Made by a program: the position numbers and the translations under genes
Shown: one piece after another, positions 10,814 to 20,889 of the stretch
How positions within the stretch are numbered: position 1 is the first letter of the stretch
Layout of the letters: every line of letters starts with the position of its first letter
Source of the DNA: a bacterium
GTDB lineage: Bacteria; Hinthialibacterota; Hinthialibacteria; Hinthialibacterales; Hinthialibacteraceae
DNA length: 52,426 nucleotides
Direction of reading: 5' to 3'
Assembly (NCBI GenBank): GCA_041946805.1
Contig: JBHGBC010000069.1
Location: 1 to 52,426 of the forward strand
The notes under the pieces: model-generated
What the model was told of the DNA's origin: nothing
The model's database searches: none
What the model saw: the letters and a program-made list of their open reading frames with translations, nothing else

Positions 10814-12322
10814 ATGAAAATCGGGTATTGCGCCGTGGTCGTGTTCAGCATGTGGATGGGGGCCGCCGGGGGATTGGCGGCCGAAATGCAGGAACCGCTC
10901 CGGGATACGGATATCCTCGCCGCGCCGTTGGAAAGTGATCCTTCTCTAGAAGCGGAATCATCGCCCCCCCCGGCGGAGGAGACGAATTTGGGAGAAATCC
11001 TCCCCTTGTGGTCGGGGATTCCCTTTGCCGGCATCCTGCTGTCCATCGCCTTGTGTCCGTTGTTCGCCCCCCATTTCTGGCATCACCATTTCGGGAAAGT
11101 CACCGCTTTTTGGGCGGCCGTGCTGGCGGTTCCCTTTTGGTACGCCTATGGCGAACGGGCGCTGGACTCCATCTTGCACATATACATTTTGGATTACATT
11201 CCTTTCATAATCCTTTTGTGGTCTCTCTATACCGTTTCCGGCGGGATTTTGTTGAAAGGCCGCCTGGCCGGAACTCCTCTTGTGAACACCGGCTTGCTGG
11301 CGCTGGGCACTTTTCTGGCTTCCTGGATGGGCACCACGGGCGCGGCGATGTTGATGATCCGGCCTTTCTTGCGGGCCAACAAACACCGGAAAAACCGCAC
11401 CTTCATGGTGTGCTTCTTCATCTTTCTGGTGGCCAACATCGGCGGGGCGTTGACTCCCCTGGGGGACCCGCCTCTTTTCCTGGGCTTCTTGCATAGCGTG
11501 CCCTTCTTCTGGACGTTGAACATACTCCCGCACATGCTAGTCTGCGCGGCCGTGTTGTTGACGGTGTATTTCATGATGGATTGGATCATGTACCGCAAGG
11601 AAGACGCCGCTCCCCCCCCGGGTGAGAACGAATCCTTGCGGCTGGAGGGAGCGTACAATTTCGTCTTTCTGTTGGGGATCGTGGCAGCCGTCTTGATGAG
11701 CGGACTGGCCGACTGGGGTCAATACACCTGGTTGGGCGTGCATTTGCCGGTGCAGGGCACGGTCCGGGACGCCATCCTCATTGGGATGGGGGCCCTGTCG
11801 CTGATCTTCACTCCCCGGAAAGTGCGGCAGGACAACGAGTTCACCTGGCATCCCATTCAGGAAGTGGCGTACCTGTTCGCCGGGATCTTCATGACCATGA
11901 TCCCCTGCCTGGCGATTCTCAAGGCGGGGGAGGCGGGAGCGGCGGCCTTCCTGATCCGGGCGGTCCAGGAACCGGCGCATTACTTTTGGATCACGGGGGC
12001 GCTCTCCAGTTTCCTGGACAACGCGCCGACCTACTTGACCTTCTTCAGCAGCGCCCTGGGCAAATTCCACGCGGGCATGCCGGAATCCAACGCCGTGGCC
12101 CTCTTGATCCGGGACAATCCCCAATACCTGGAGGCCATCTCGGCGGGCGCGGTGTTCTTCGGCGCGAACACCTACATCGGCAACGCCCCCAACTTCATGG
12201 TGCGCTCGATCGCGGAAGAAGCGGGCACGCCGATGCCCAGCTTCTTCGGCTATATGTTTCTCTATTCCTGCACCTTGCTGCTGCCCACCTTCGCGCTGGT
12301 GACGTATCTTTTCTTCCGGTGA
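10814..12322 (+). CDS. Putative sodium:proton antiporter (IT superfamily, CitMHS_2-like)
   Basis: GGAG RBS; many TM helices; ANIGGALTPLGDPPLFLGF, LSSFLDNAPTYL, GANTYIGNAPNFMV. Confidence 0.88.
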   Translation: MKIGYCAVVVFSMWMGAAGGLAAEMQEPLRDTDILAAPLESDPSLEAESSPPPAEETNLGEILPLWSGIPFAGILLSIALCPLFAPHFWHHHFGKVTAFWAAVLAVPFWYAYGERALDSILHIYILDYIPFIILLWSLYTVSGGILLKGRLAGTPLVNTGLLALGTFLASWMGTTGAAMLMIRPFLRANKHRKNRTFMVCFFIFLVANIGGALTPLGDPPLFLGFLHSVPFFWTLNILPHMLVCAAVLLTVYFMMDWIMYRKEDAAPPPGENESLRLEGAYNFVFLLGIVAAVLMSGLADWGQYTWLGVHLPVQGTVRDAILIGMGALSLIFTPRKVRQDNEFTWHPIQEVAYLFAGIFMTMIPCLAILKAGEAGAAAFLIRAVQEPAHYFWITGALSSFLDNAPTYLTFFSSALGKFHAGMPESNAVALLIRDNPQYLEAISAGAVFFGANTYIGNAPNFMVRSIAEEAGTPMPSFFGYMFLYSCTLLLPTFALVTYLFFR

Positions 12323-12416
12323 TCCGGAACAGCCGCTCCATCCGTGCGCGGGGCCTATTGACACTCTCCGGTGAAGCGTCCCATACTTCCCTCAAAATCC
12401 CTAGGGAGAGTGTGCC

Positions 12417-13085
12417 ATGGCGCGAGTAGCGGTCGTTCTATCCGGATGCGGCGTGTTCGACGGATCGGAAATCCACGAGGCGGTGCTGACCCTGCTGTAC
12501 CTCGATCAGGCCGGGGCGGAAGTCCAGTGCTTCGCGCCCGACAAGCCGCAGATGCATGTGGTGAATCACTATACGAAGGAAACCGTGCCCGGCGAGACGC
12601 GCAATGTCCTGGTGGAATCGGCGCGTATCGCCCGGGGGGAGATCCGGCCCGTGAAGGAGTTGAAAATGGACGCCTTCGACGCGGTGCTATTCCCCGGCGG
12701 ATACGGCGCGGCGAAGAACCTGTGCACCTTCGCGGTGGACGATACGAACTGCGCAATCGATCCGGACATCGCCGCGGTGATCCGGGACGCGGTCCAGAAA
12801 GGCAAGGTGGTGGGGACCATCTGCATCTCCCCGGTGGTGGCCGCCCGGGCGCTGCGGGACGACAAGGACAGGCATCCGCGCCTCACCATCGGCACGGATG
12901 CGGCGACAGCGGGGGCGTTGCGGACGCTGGGCGCCGAAAACGTGGCGGCCTCGGTCAACGAGATCGTGGTGGACGAAAAGAACCGGCTGGTCTCCACCCC
13001 GGCTTACATGCTGGGGCCGCGCATCGCCAACGTGGCCGTGGGCATCGAAAAACTGGTGAAAAAAGTCCTGGAAATGGCGAAATAA
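12417..13085 (+). CDS. elbB: ElbB/ES1-family glyoxalase (DJ-1/PfpI superfamily)
   Basis: VAVVLSGCGVFDGSEIHE, RNVLVESARIARG, PGGYGAAKNL, VSTPAYML. Confidence 0.95.
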   Translation: MARVAVVLSGCGVFDGSEIHEAVLTLLYLDQAGAEVQCFAPDKPQMHVVNHYTKETVPGETRNVLVESARIARGEIRPVKELKMDAFDAVLFPGGYGAAKNLCTFAVDDTNCAIDPDIAAVIRDAVQKGKVVGTICISPVVAARALRDDKDRHPRLTIGTDAATAGALRTLGAENVAASVNEIVVDEKNRLVSTPAYMLGPRIANVAVGIEKLVKKVLEMAK

Positions 13086-13297
13086 TACCCCTGCCAACCC
13101 TGGCCAGGGCCGAGGGGGCTATCGATTGTCGTCAAGTCCAATCGGAATGCGTTCAAAAAACCGAAAATCCATTTCCTCTCCCTCCCAGTGAGGGAGAGGG
13201 TAAGGATATATAGCCGGGGCGAACGTTGGTGTCCGCCCTGGACCAGAAAAGGGATGATTCCCTTTTCACCATCCGGTGCGCGCTTACCGGAAGCACC

Positions 13298-15799
13298 TTA
13301 CTTTTTCTTGAACAAATCGTCCAAATTGTCATCGTCATCATCAAACTTGAACGTGGAGGAAGAGGACGGTGATGTAGTGGAAAACATGTCCTTCTTTTCG
13401 CTCGTCTCGGATTCTTCCTTCAAACCGAAGGAGGTGGCGGTGGACGGGACCGGGGCGCGGTGGCGGGTCCGTCCCCTCAACAAACCGAGAACCATCTTTA
13501 GCAAGTACAACAAGACGATGGCGGCCACTCCCACGACGGAATAAAAGAGATACGGATTCGTGCGCGCGAAAATACGCAGATCCACCACGGCCGGCGTGGG
13601 ATCCATATTGCCCGCGGCGTCGATGGCGCGGATTTTCAGCAGGAACCCCCATTGGTAGAACGCCAGCGGGCGGTCGAAGGTGTAAGCCGCCCCCGCGTGC
13701 TCGAAACTCACCCACGGATTATCCCCGATCTGGTATTCGAACATCCGGGGCTGTGTAACCCGGCTCCCGTCCGGCAATTCGGAATCGGTTCCCTGCAGCT
13801 GGATGATGGGGAACGAGCCGTTGTATTCCCGGTTGAATCCGGCCGTGGTTTCCGGCGGAGTGCGATCGACCAGCCAGGCGAAGGATTCTTTCTGGGTTTC
13901 GTCGCCCGAGGGTTCCCGCCCCCAGATTTGGATGACGTGCCGGCCTTCCTCCAGATCCTTCAACTCCAGGGTCTGCGCGGTCTGCAATTCCTGCACCTGC
14001 CCCTTGTCCAATAGATAAAAGTAACTGAGCTGGACCGGATTGCCCTTATCGTCCTTCGCGCTCCAGCCGAACTTGACCAACTCTTCGTTGGTGCTGAGTG
14101 GGGGCATGGCCTCGAGAACCAGTTCCAGCCCCACCTTGATTCTCACGGCGCATTCGGCGGGAGTGGAATCCACATTGCCCCGCGAATCCTGCATGCGGAT
14201 CCGCAGCGTGTGCGCTCCATTGGCGAGGTTGGTGAAGGTGTGGGTGGTTCCCTGGGCGAAAGCCGTCCACTCGGTGTCATCGGCCTGGGCCGAATACTCC
14301 AATTGCTCCGGCTTGTCGGAGTTGTCCTCGCCCTTGAAGGCGATGGTCACCGACCGCGAATTGATTTCCTGGGCGGGTGAAGGGGCCTGGGTGATGGTGG
14401 TTTCGGGAGCGGATTGGAAGGTGTTGAATCCGAATTCCGCCGGTTTTTCCTGAATGTTGCCCGCCACGTCCTCGGCCCGCACCTTGAAGAGATACTCCCC
14501 GTCGGGCGGGGCGGAAATTGTGGCTTTGGTATCCGGCTTGGGCGCCGACCAGATTTTGTCGTCGTAGGTGTAGGCGTACACCAGGCGCCCGGGAGCCGAA
14601 ATGTTATCGTCTCCCTGCCACTGAAATTCCACGCTGCGCCCCGTCACCACGGGGCTGGACGGCGCGGTGACCTGGGAGGTGGGGGGAATCTTGTCGGTGC
14701 GGAGATACGTCACCCAGCTGTCATCCCCCGAGCCGGCTTCCCACACGACATGGGTATCCCCTTCACTGAAGGAGAGCCGGGGCGTGTAGCGGACGTTATG
14801 CTCGGGCGCCAGCGGGACGGATTTCAATTCCATCCCTTCCCGGAGATTGACCGCCACCCGCCCGGGGGTGCGGCGGATCCAGGTGGAAACCCGCTGGCCG
14901 TTCAGTATTTTCAAATCCATCATCATGCGGGGATCGAAATACTGCCGGTCCTGGTAATAGGGATTCCAGGTTTGCCCGCCGTCCTTCGATTCGTAACTCT
15001 TGATATCGGTGTTCTGGTTGGCGGTGATGTACAACGATCCGTTCAGAGGCCCGTAAATCTGGAAGATGTGCGGGATGTTCTCCGCGTAGATCAAATCGAT
15101 CTTGTTGGGGGCCGACACGGTTCCGGTGCTGAACGTATAGGAACGGACATAGAAAGTGGTCCGGATCCGGCGCATCCGGTCTTCCAACCCGCCCTGCGTC
15201 TGCCGGGTGTTGTAGAGATCTTCCACCGATTCCGGCCGGAAATCCGGCAGGGAAATCGAAGGAATCCGGCCCAGGGTCTCGGCCAGGGGGGTTTCCAGCC
15301 ATAACAACAGCGCCTGGCCGTTGTTCAAGAGAAACTTCGGGGAAAAGGTGTCTTCCCGGGTCTGGGTGAGTTGCCGGGGCTGACTGAACGAGACGCCCGC
15401 GTTGTCGCTGTCCGCCAGAAAAAGCTGGAAGGGATTCAATTGCTCCACTTCCACCTGCGCCGGCCAGACGACCACGACCTTGTTGCCCATTACCGCGACG
15501 GCCGGAGCGCTGGTCACACGCAAATCCCGCCCGATGTCCACGGGTTGACTCCAGGTCTTGCCCCGGTCCCGGGAGTAAATCAGTTTGATGTTTCCTTGCC
15601 GGTACGCCACATAAATATTGTCTCCCTCCGCGGCCACGGAGGGCATGGTTACCCGGTTGTCCATGGTGCTGGCCCGGATGATGTATTTTTCCTCACACCA
15701 TCCTTCTTGCTGCGCAACGGCGCGGCCCACTCCCGTCCCCGCAAGGGCGATCCCCAGCAGCGAGAGCCAAAGTCCCAGTTGTCTAGTGCGTCGCTTCAT
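13298..15799 (-). CDS. Large exported protein: BNR/sialidase-like propeller plus Ig-like repeats and a C-terminal TM anchor
   Basis: Signal peptide; Asp-box-like SRDRGKTW, SDNAGVSF, SKDGGQTW; repeats ending 'D.AGN.D.TPA'; TM helix and acidic tail. Confidence 0.7.
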   Translation of the reverse strand: MKRRTRQLGLWLSLLGIALAGTGVGRAVAQQEGWCEEKYIIRASTMDNRVTMPSVAAEGDNIYVAYRQGNIKLIYSRDRGKTWSQPVDIGRDLRVTSAPAVAVMGNKVVVVWPAQVEVEQLNPFQLFLADSDNAGVSFSQPRQLTQTREDTFSPKFLLNNGQALLLWLETPLAETLGRIPSISLPDFRPESVEDLYNTRQTQGGLEDRMRRIRTTFYVRSYTFSTGTVSAPNKIDLIYAENIPHIFQIYGPLNGSLYITANQNTDIKSYESKDGGQTWNPYYQDRQYFDPRMMMDLKILNGQRVSTWIRRTPGRVAVNLREGMELKSVPLAPEHNVRYTPRLSFSEGDTHVVWEAGSGDDSWVTYLRTDKIPPTSQVTAPSSPVVTGRSVEFQWQGDDNISAPGRLVYAYTYDDKIWSAPKPDTKATISAPPDGEYLFKVRAEDVAGNIQEKPAEFGFNTFQSAPETTITQAPSPAQEINSRSVTIAFKGEDNSDKPEQLEYSAQADDTEWTAFAQGTTHTFTNLANGAHTLRIRMQDSRGNVDSTPAECAVRIKVGLELVLEAMPPLSTNEELVKFGWSAKDDKGNPVQLSYFYLLDKGQVQELQTAQTLELKDLEEGRHVIQIWGREPSGDETQKESFAWLVDRTPPETTAGFNREYNGSFPIIQLQGTDSELPDGSRVTQPRMFEYQIGDNPWVSFEHAGAAYTFDRPLAFYQWGFLLKIRAIDAAGNMDPTPAVVDLRIFARTNPYLFYSVVGVAAIVLLYLLKMVLGLLRGRTRHRAPVPSTATSFGLKEESETSEKKDMFSTTSPSSSSTFKFDDDDDNLDDLFKKK

Positions 15800-15964
15800 G
15801 CCGATTCACTCCCTGTTTCCACTAGGCGCACCGCCCGAAATGTTGTGCCACGGTCTCTTCCCAGTTCATGATACTTGGTCTCGCGGAAGAACGGAAAGGG
15901 CGCAGAACGGGATTGGGTGTTCCAAGTCAAACCAGTAGTAGGATAGTATAAAAGCGGTCTGGCG

Positions 15965-16993
15965 TCATGCCGCCGTGCAGGCCGGTTGCGCCTGGCACAA
16001 GTCCAGGATCAGGCGTTCCAGGACCAGCCGTTGGTAGACCGGGGGATTGGTCGGCTTGCCTCCCTTCAAGTCCAAATCCGCCACCCGCAGCAAATGGATG
16101 TCCCGCCGCAAAGCCTCCAGGGTGAATTTCTGGCTCCGCTCGTGGGCTATTTTCAGAGCGTATCCTTGACGCCCTACGCGCTTGGCCCATGCGGCGAAAG
16201 GCACTTTATCGGCCTCCAACGCCTTGCAGTGGTACATGGCCTTGAAATTGCCGATCAGGCGGCCGGTGATGGCGATTTCCTCGTCCTCCTGGGCCAGGAG
16301 GCGGTCCAGGGTTTTCAAGGCCAACACGGTGTCCCGCGCGGCCACGGCGTTGGTGATCGCCCAGATATCCTCTTCCTCCTCGGTCTGCACCAGCCGCCGG
16401 CACATCTCCCGCGTGATGGCCTTCTCTTCCTCCGCCCATAGCAACAGCTTGTCCAGCTCGCGACGGGCGGTTTCGGCGTTGTCGCCGCAGGCGTTCATGA
16501 ACCACTCCAGCGCGTCCTTTTCCATGGTCACTTGCTGGTCCGCGCAGCGTTTGAGGACCGCCGCCCGTATCTGCGCCGGCGTGGGTTTGGGGACCTCCCG
16601 CACCCGCTCCTTGCCCAAGGCCTGGATCAGCGCCTTGGGGACGTCTTTTATATCCGTGCCCAGCATGAGGAACAGAATGTCCCCCCCCAACCGGGGCAAA
16701 GCCCCGGCCAGGATTTCGAGATCACTCTTGATTTCGAGATTCCCCCTGATTTTGGGAGTATCCTTGGGGATCTTCTCGAGATTCCCAAGCAGCACAACTT
16801 TGTTGGGGGTGAACAGGGAACTGGTCCGGACTTCCTCGATCGCCCGCCGGGTCTCGCCCGCGCCAGCGTCCAGGCGGACCCAGTCCACCTCGGCCTCGCC
16901 GAACCGCTTTTTCACGATTTCGGCCACGTTTTTCTCGAGTTGCAGGGCATCACCGCCGGTCAACAGCAGGATATTCGGGTCCCGTTTCGGCAT
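15965..16993 (-). CDS. holA: DNA polymerase III delta subunit
   Basis: SLFTPNKVV, ELDKLLLW, 'IWAITNAV', 'ADLDLKGG...LVLERLILDL'. Lies downstream of lptE, the conserved order. Confidence 0.88.
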   Translation of the reverse strand: MPKRDPNILLLTGGDALQLEKNVAEIVKKRFGEAEVDWVRLDAGAGETRRAIEEVRTSSLFTPNKVVLLGNLEKIPKDTPKIRGNLEIKSDLEILAGALPRLGGDILFLMLGTDIKDVPKALIQALGKERVREVPKPTPAQIRAAVLKRCADQQVTMEKDALEWFMNACGDNAETARRELDKLLLWAEEEKAITREMCRRLVQTEEEEDIWAITNAVAARDTVLALKTLDRLLAQEDEEIAITGRLIGNFKAMYHCKALEADKVPFAAWAKRVGRQGYALKIAHERSQKFTLEALRRDIHLLRVADLDLKGGKPTNPPVYQRLVLERLILDLCQAQPACTAA

Positions 16994-17006
16994 GGCGGTC
17001 CGGAAC

Positions 17007-17522
17007 TCACCATCCTTCGATCAACGCGCTCAACACCTGCTCGGACAGGTTGTCCGTGACATCCTGCGACCGGTCGAAGGTGGGTTCGTTGGTCAAAATG
17101 AAGGTCCCTTGCGCCGAGAAGGGACGGTCTTTCAGCAGGGGCTGGCCGGTTCCCGTGTCCAGGACGGTCACTTGCAGGGTTACGCTGATGTTATACCCCA
17201 CGGCCCGGTCCAGATCGGAACGGGCGATGGGAGTGACCCGGGCCTCGGTGATCACGCCTTCCATCCGCAGGTCGGCGGAGGATTGATTGACAACCTGCAG
17301 CTGCCCATCGCGCTGGAACGCCTGGATCATGGAGCGGGTGAGCCGCTCCTCGAGCGCGTATTGGGCCGTTTCGTTCTTGAAGACGGCAATATGGATGGAC
17401 CGCTGGTCCTTGAGCAACGAAGGCGAATGCGCGCCACACCCGCTTAGGACGAACAGGACGCAAGCGGCTGGCAGAAGAGATGAGATGAATGAGGCATGGG
17501 GGAGTGGAATGGTGTTTTTCAT
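17007..17522 (-). CDS. lptE: LPS-assembly lipoprotein LptE family
   Basis: Lipobox LSGC; SIHIAVFKNET, LEERLT, ADLRMEGVI; C-terminal W; precedes holA. Confidence 0.75.
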   Translation of the reverse strand: MKNTIPLPHASFISSLLPAACVLFVLSGCGAHSPSLLKDQRSIHIAVFKNETAQYALEERLTRSMIQAFQRDGQLQVVNQSSADLRMEGVITEARVTPIARSDLDRAVGYNISVTLQVTVLDTGTGQPLLKDRPFSAQGTFILTNEPTFDRSQDVTDNLSEQVLSALIEGW

Positions 17523-17651
17523 GACTTTGGGGGCATTACTATTCGTTGACCTGAATTCAGTTCATTTGGATTTAATCCAGATATCCTAAAATATCAATAG
17601 GAAATTGTTTACCCGGTTGCGTTAATAATAGGTACTATGCCTTTTCAGGAC

Positions 17652-17688
17652 TTCCCTCACCCTACCCCTCTCCCAGAGGGAGAGGGAA
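17652..17688 (+). repeat. boxC-like repeat
   Basis: TTCCCTCACCCTACCCCTCTCCCAGAGGGAGAGGGAA. Confidence 0.85.
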
Positions 17689-17778
17689 TGAACTACTTTG
17701 GGCAATCTTTCGAGATCACTAACTGATAGAAGGAATGTAATTAATGGTTCATACACCGCGCGAACTCATCTTACTTTT

Positions 17779-18028
17779 GGTTCATCCGACAAGTGCGTAC
17801 AGGATGGGGAAAATCGCATTTCTATTCCCTGACTCTGAACCGAAGGAGAATAATTTCCTTCCCGCCCAGCGTTTAGGAACCCGCCGAGGGGATCGGCGCC
17901 GAGGAAAGACTTTCCCTCACCCTGGCCCTCTCCCAGAGGGAGAGGGGATTTCGGGTGGCTCTTTCCCACCCGTGGAATCGATGTCCGGCCACGCTCCCGG
18001 AAAAATGTACGCACTTTTCGGATGAACC
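17779..18028. mobile_element. Complete 250-bp MITE with 23-bp terminal inverted repeats and 8-bp target-site duplication
   Basis: Left GGTTCATCCGACAAGTGCGTACA; right TGTACGCACTTTTCGGATGAACC (22/23 match). TTACTTTT on both flanks (17771-17778, 18029-18036). Confidence 0.85.
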
Positions 18029-18041
18029 TTACTTTTTAATA

Positions 18042-18446
18042 TCATCGAAGTGATCCATAGAGGTAATGGTCCAAATTTTCCGAGGCGTCTGCCGGGATTT
18101 TTTTCCACTCCTCTTCCGGGATTTTCGACGCGATTTCCATAATTACTTCCTCGATCGGTCTCGCATTAGGATCATAGGGGATGTCATCCGCCGTTTGAAG
18201 GCGCAATTCGTCAATTTTGGCAATTTCCTGAATCCGGCCGCCGGAATCCAAACGTCCCTTTCCTCGAATCCAGAGACGCCTGGTTTTATGGTCTCGTAGC
18301 GCGTCCAAAACCTTGTCTTCGTATTCCGGGCTGAAACACACCGGGATACATGTTTTATCTTCCAACTGCACCTGCATGCTTCCCTGAAGGACATTCACAG
18401 CCATTACCCGGCCGTGGACAATGATTTCCTGGTTATTGTCGGTCAT
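18042..18446 (-). CDS. Hypothetical protein with a C-terminal antitoxin-like motif
   Basis: AGGAG RBS. C-terminus RPIEEVIMEIASKIPEEEWKKIPADASENLDHYLYG resembles antitoxins usually found upstream of PIN toxins. Confidence 0.6.
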   Translation of the reverse strand: MTDNNQEIIVHGRVMAVNVLQGSMQVQLEDKTCIPVCFSPEYEDKVLDALRDHKTRRLWIRGKGRLDSGGRIQEIAKIDELRLQTADDIPYDPNARPIEEVIMEIASKIPEEEWKKIPADASENLDHYLYGSLR

Positions 18447-18464
18447 GGCTTATCTCCTGGGCTT

Positions 18465-18499
18465 TCATCATCCTGGCCCTCTCCCAGAGGAAGAGGGGA
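18465..18499 (+). repeat. boxC-like repeat (degenerate)
   Basis: TCATCCTGGCCCTCTCCCAGAGGAAGAGGGGA. Confidence 0.7.
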
Positions 18500-18615
18500 T
18501 TGAATAATTCTAGCCATTTTTTAGGGCGTTTCCTGAAAGAGGGAATGCCTAGGATGGATTCCGTATTGCGCGCTGATCCATCCGACTCTATTCTAACCTC
18601 GATCTACCAAAGTTT

Positions 18616-20871
18616 TTACAACTCCTCCACCATTTCCACCTTCCAGTCCTTGTCGAACAATCCAGTCCAGAGCGGTTTGCCTTCGGCGGAGAACACCAGG
18701 AAATCGCCGTTGCCGTCCAGGCGGAGCGAACGCTGGCTGGCGGCGAAAGCGCGCAACGCCTTCAGTCCCTCGAGGGTGGCGGCCGTGTTGATCAGCACGT
18801 ACCGGTCCGGATTGGCCGGATTGGGATAGATGAACGAGATCCCCTGGTCCGGGCCGAGCGTTTTCCCCGCGAATTCCAAACGGCCTTCCCTTTCCAGCAT
18901 GGGCAATTGCCCCAGATACCGTTTCAAGAACGCGGACCCTTTCATGGTCGAAAACAATACGACATTATTATCGGTCATAAGTTCCGGAGTCAGCGCGTCT
19001 TCCGGCAAAACTTTCCACTGCACATCCGCGATGGTCCCCTTCAGCGACTTGGCCACCGCCAACGACCGCGCCTCTTCCTCCGCGTCCTTCGCGCCGTCCG
19101 TGCCATAGGCGTACACGTGGCGCTGTTCCATGGCTTCGTTCAATCCCGCCAGGCCGGGCAGCAGCCGCCGGGGGAACTCGTCCCGCGTCCATTCCCAGCC
19201 TTCGGCTGCCTTGACGAACCGGATTCGGGCGCCCAAGGTCCCGCGGTAGGCCGTCCGCCCGCCGATCTGGACTTCCGTCACGCTTTCAAAGGGGATAAGG
19301 CTTTCGGGAACGGTGAGGGAGAAACGGCTCACGTTCGCCGTTTTGACCATGATCCGCCCGCTGATGACTTCCGCCTCGATTTGGGCGAATTCCCGGATCT
19401 TCTCCGGTTCCTCGATGGCCGCCCAATACGAGGAACCGCCCCGGGGATCCCCGGTTTTGTAGATCACCCGGCGGGGGGCGGGATCGCGCCGGAATTTGGA
19501 GAACCAATCGAAAATCCGGGCGTTTTCATAAGCGGGAACCCAGGCGGCATGGTCCACTCCGGGATAGATTTCCATTTCCACGTGGTACCCGAGTTCCTGG
19601 AGGCGTTCATGCAAGGCGAGGGAATTTTTTACGGGCACGACGGGATCCTTATCCCCATGCATCAACTGGATTGGCAGGGCGAAAGCGTTTTCGGCAATCA
19701 ACAGCGAAGAGTTGTTCATTTCCAGGCGGCGGAACACTTCCGGGCGGTTGGTGTCTTCGTCCACGTTGGTCATGGCCCCCACATACCCGCACACCGGCGC
19801 GATGGCCGCGAAACGGTCCGGATGGCGCAAACCCAGTTTCAACGTCCCCGCACCCCCCATGGACAGGCCGGTGAGATAGACGCGGTTGGGATCGACGGTA
19901 AACAGGGCTTGGACTTCCTCGATCACCCGCCACACGTCGTCCTCGGCGAATCCTTGGTACGACATGGTTTCATGGCCGTTGGGAGCCACGACCAGGTAGG
20001 GAACCTCGGGCAGCGCGGGCATGGCGCGCTTGGCGCGGTCGTCATCCTCGCCCCGCTCGTTGGGCTTGCCCAACACTCTCCGAAGGGCCAGATGATGGTT
20101 CGACCACGCGCCGTGCAGCATCACCACCAGGGGCCAGGTTTGGTCCGGATTGTAGTTTTTGGGGACATAGAGCGAATACAACTGCATCTCGCCGTTCAGG
20201 GGAGACCGGTATCCGCGCAGTTGGTAGCCGTCGGTTTGGGCGAGGGGGTCGGTTCCGCTCTCCAGTTTTTCCACTTTGGTCCGCAAGGCGGCCAGGCGCC
20301 GCTGCAAATCCCAACTATCGGCCGCTTCGGCCAGTTTCAGCCGCTCCATCAGATCCTCGCCCGCGGCCAGGACCGCCCAGGCCGCCCGCCGCAAGACGGG
20401 ATCGGTATCCCCCGCTTTTTCTTCCACCGTGCGGGCCCGGGCTTGAATCTCCTGCAAGTCCTTCCAGAAATTCGGCAGGAAGACGACGGAATCCTCGGCC
20501 ACCGGGGTCCAATAGCCGCCGCGCTGGGCCTCGAGCACCACCTTGTACATCCCCTGGCCGTCCGCCGGGGCGTTCAAGATCACCGGGGCCGCCAAGCCAG
20601 TTCCGGACACCAGCGCCCGGTCGTGTGTCACGCCTGTGGCTTGGATCAAACTTACCCGCAGGAGGGTGTTTTTATCGAACGGCTGCACAAGCACCGTGGC
20701 CGCGCGCCCTTCGGCCACCACCGGCGGCTGGACCGTCAGCAACGCGGTTTTCCGTTGGATTTTGGCTAACTGCGCGAAGGATAAACTAATGTTTACCATA
20801 CTGATCAACCCTACGAGCGCCAAGCATAAGCCCGCCCGCAGCCATCCGGTACGATCGCCAAGGTTCCTCAT
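18616..20871 (-). CDS. Secreted alpha/beta-hydrolase (prolyl oligopeptidase/esterase-like)
   Basis: PLVVMLHG, RVYLTGLSMGG nucleophile elbow, HGDKDPVV, YPGVDHAAW triad; signal peptide. Confidence 0.85.
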   Translation of the reverse strand: MRNLGDRTGWLRAGLCLALVGLISMVNISLSFAQLAKIQRKTALLTVQPPVVAEGRAATVLVQPFDKNTLLRVSLIQATGVTHDRALVSGTGLAAPVILNAPADGQGMYKVVLEAQRGGYWTPVAEDSVVFLPNFWKDLQEIQARARTVEEKAGDTDPVLRRAAWAVLAAGEDLMERLKLAEAADSWDLQRRLAALRTKVEKLESGTDPLAQTDGYQLRGYRSPLNGEMQLYSLYVPKNYNPDQTWPLVVMLHGAWSNHHLALRRVLGKPNERGEDDDRAKRAMPALPEVPYLVVAPNGHETMSYQGFAEDDVWRVIEEVQALFTVDPNRVYLTGLSMGGAGTLKLGLRHPDRFAAIAPVCGYVGAMTNVDEDTNRPEVFRRLEMNNSSLLIAENAFALPIQLMHGDKDPVVPVKNSLALHERLQELGYHVEMEIYPGVDHAAWVPAYENARIFDWFSKFRRDPAPRRVIYKTGDPRGGSSYWAAIEEPEKIREFAQIEAEVISGRIMVKTANVSRFSLTVPESLIPFESVTEVQIGGRTAYRGTLGARIRFVKAAEGWEWTRDEFPRRLLPGLAGLNEAMEQRHVYAYGTDGAKDAEEEARSLAVAKSLKGTIADVQWKVLPEDALTPELMTDNNVVLFSTMKGSAFLKRYLGQLPMLEREGRLEFAGKTLGPDQGISFIYPNPANPDRYVLINTAATLEGLKALRAFAASQRSLRLDGNGDFLVFSAEGKPLWTGLFDKDWKVEMVEEL

Positions 20872-20889
20872 CGCCCCACCTCCCCTTTC

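Noticed and set aside
17889..17905. 17-bp exact match GGGATCGGCGCCGAGGA shared with 51177-51193
   Set aside because: Short, GC-rich and partly palindromic, with no extension; plausible by chance.
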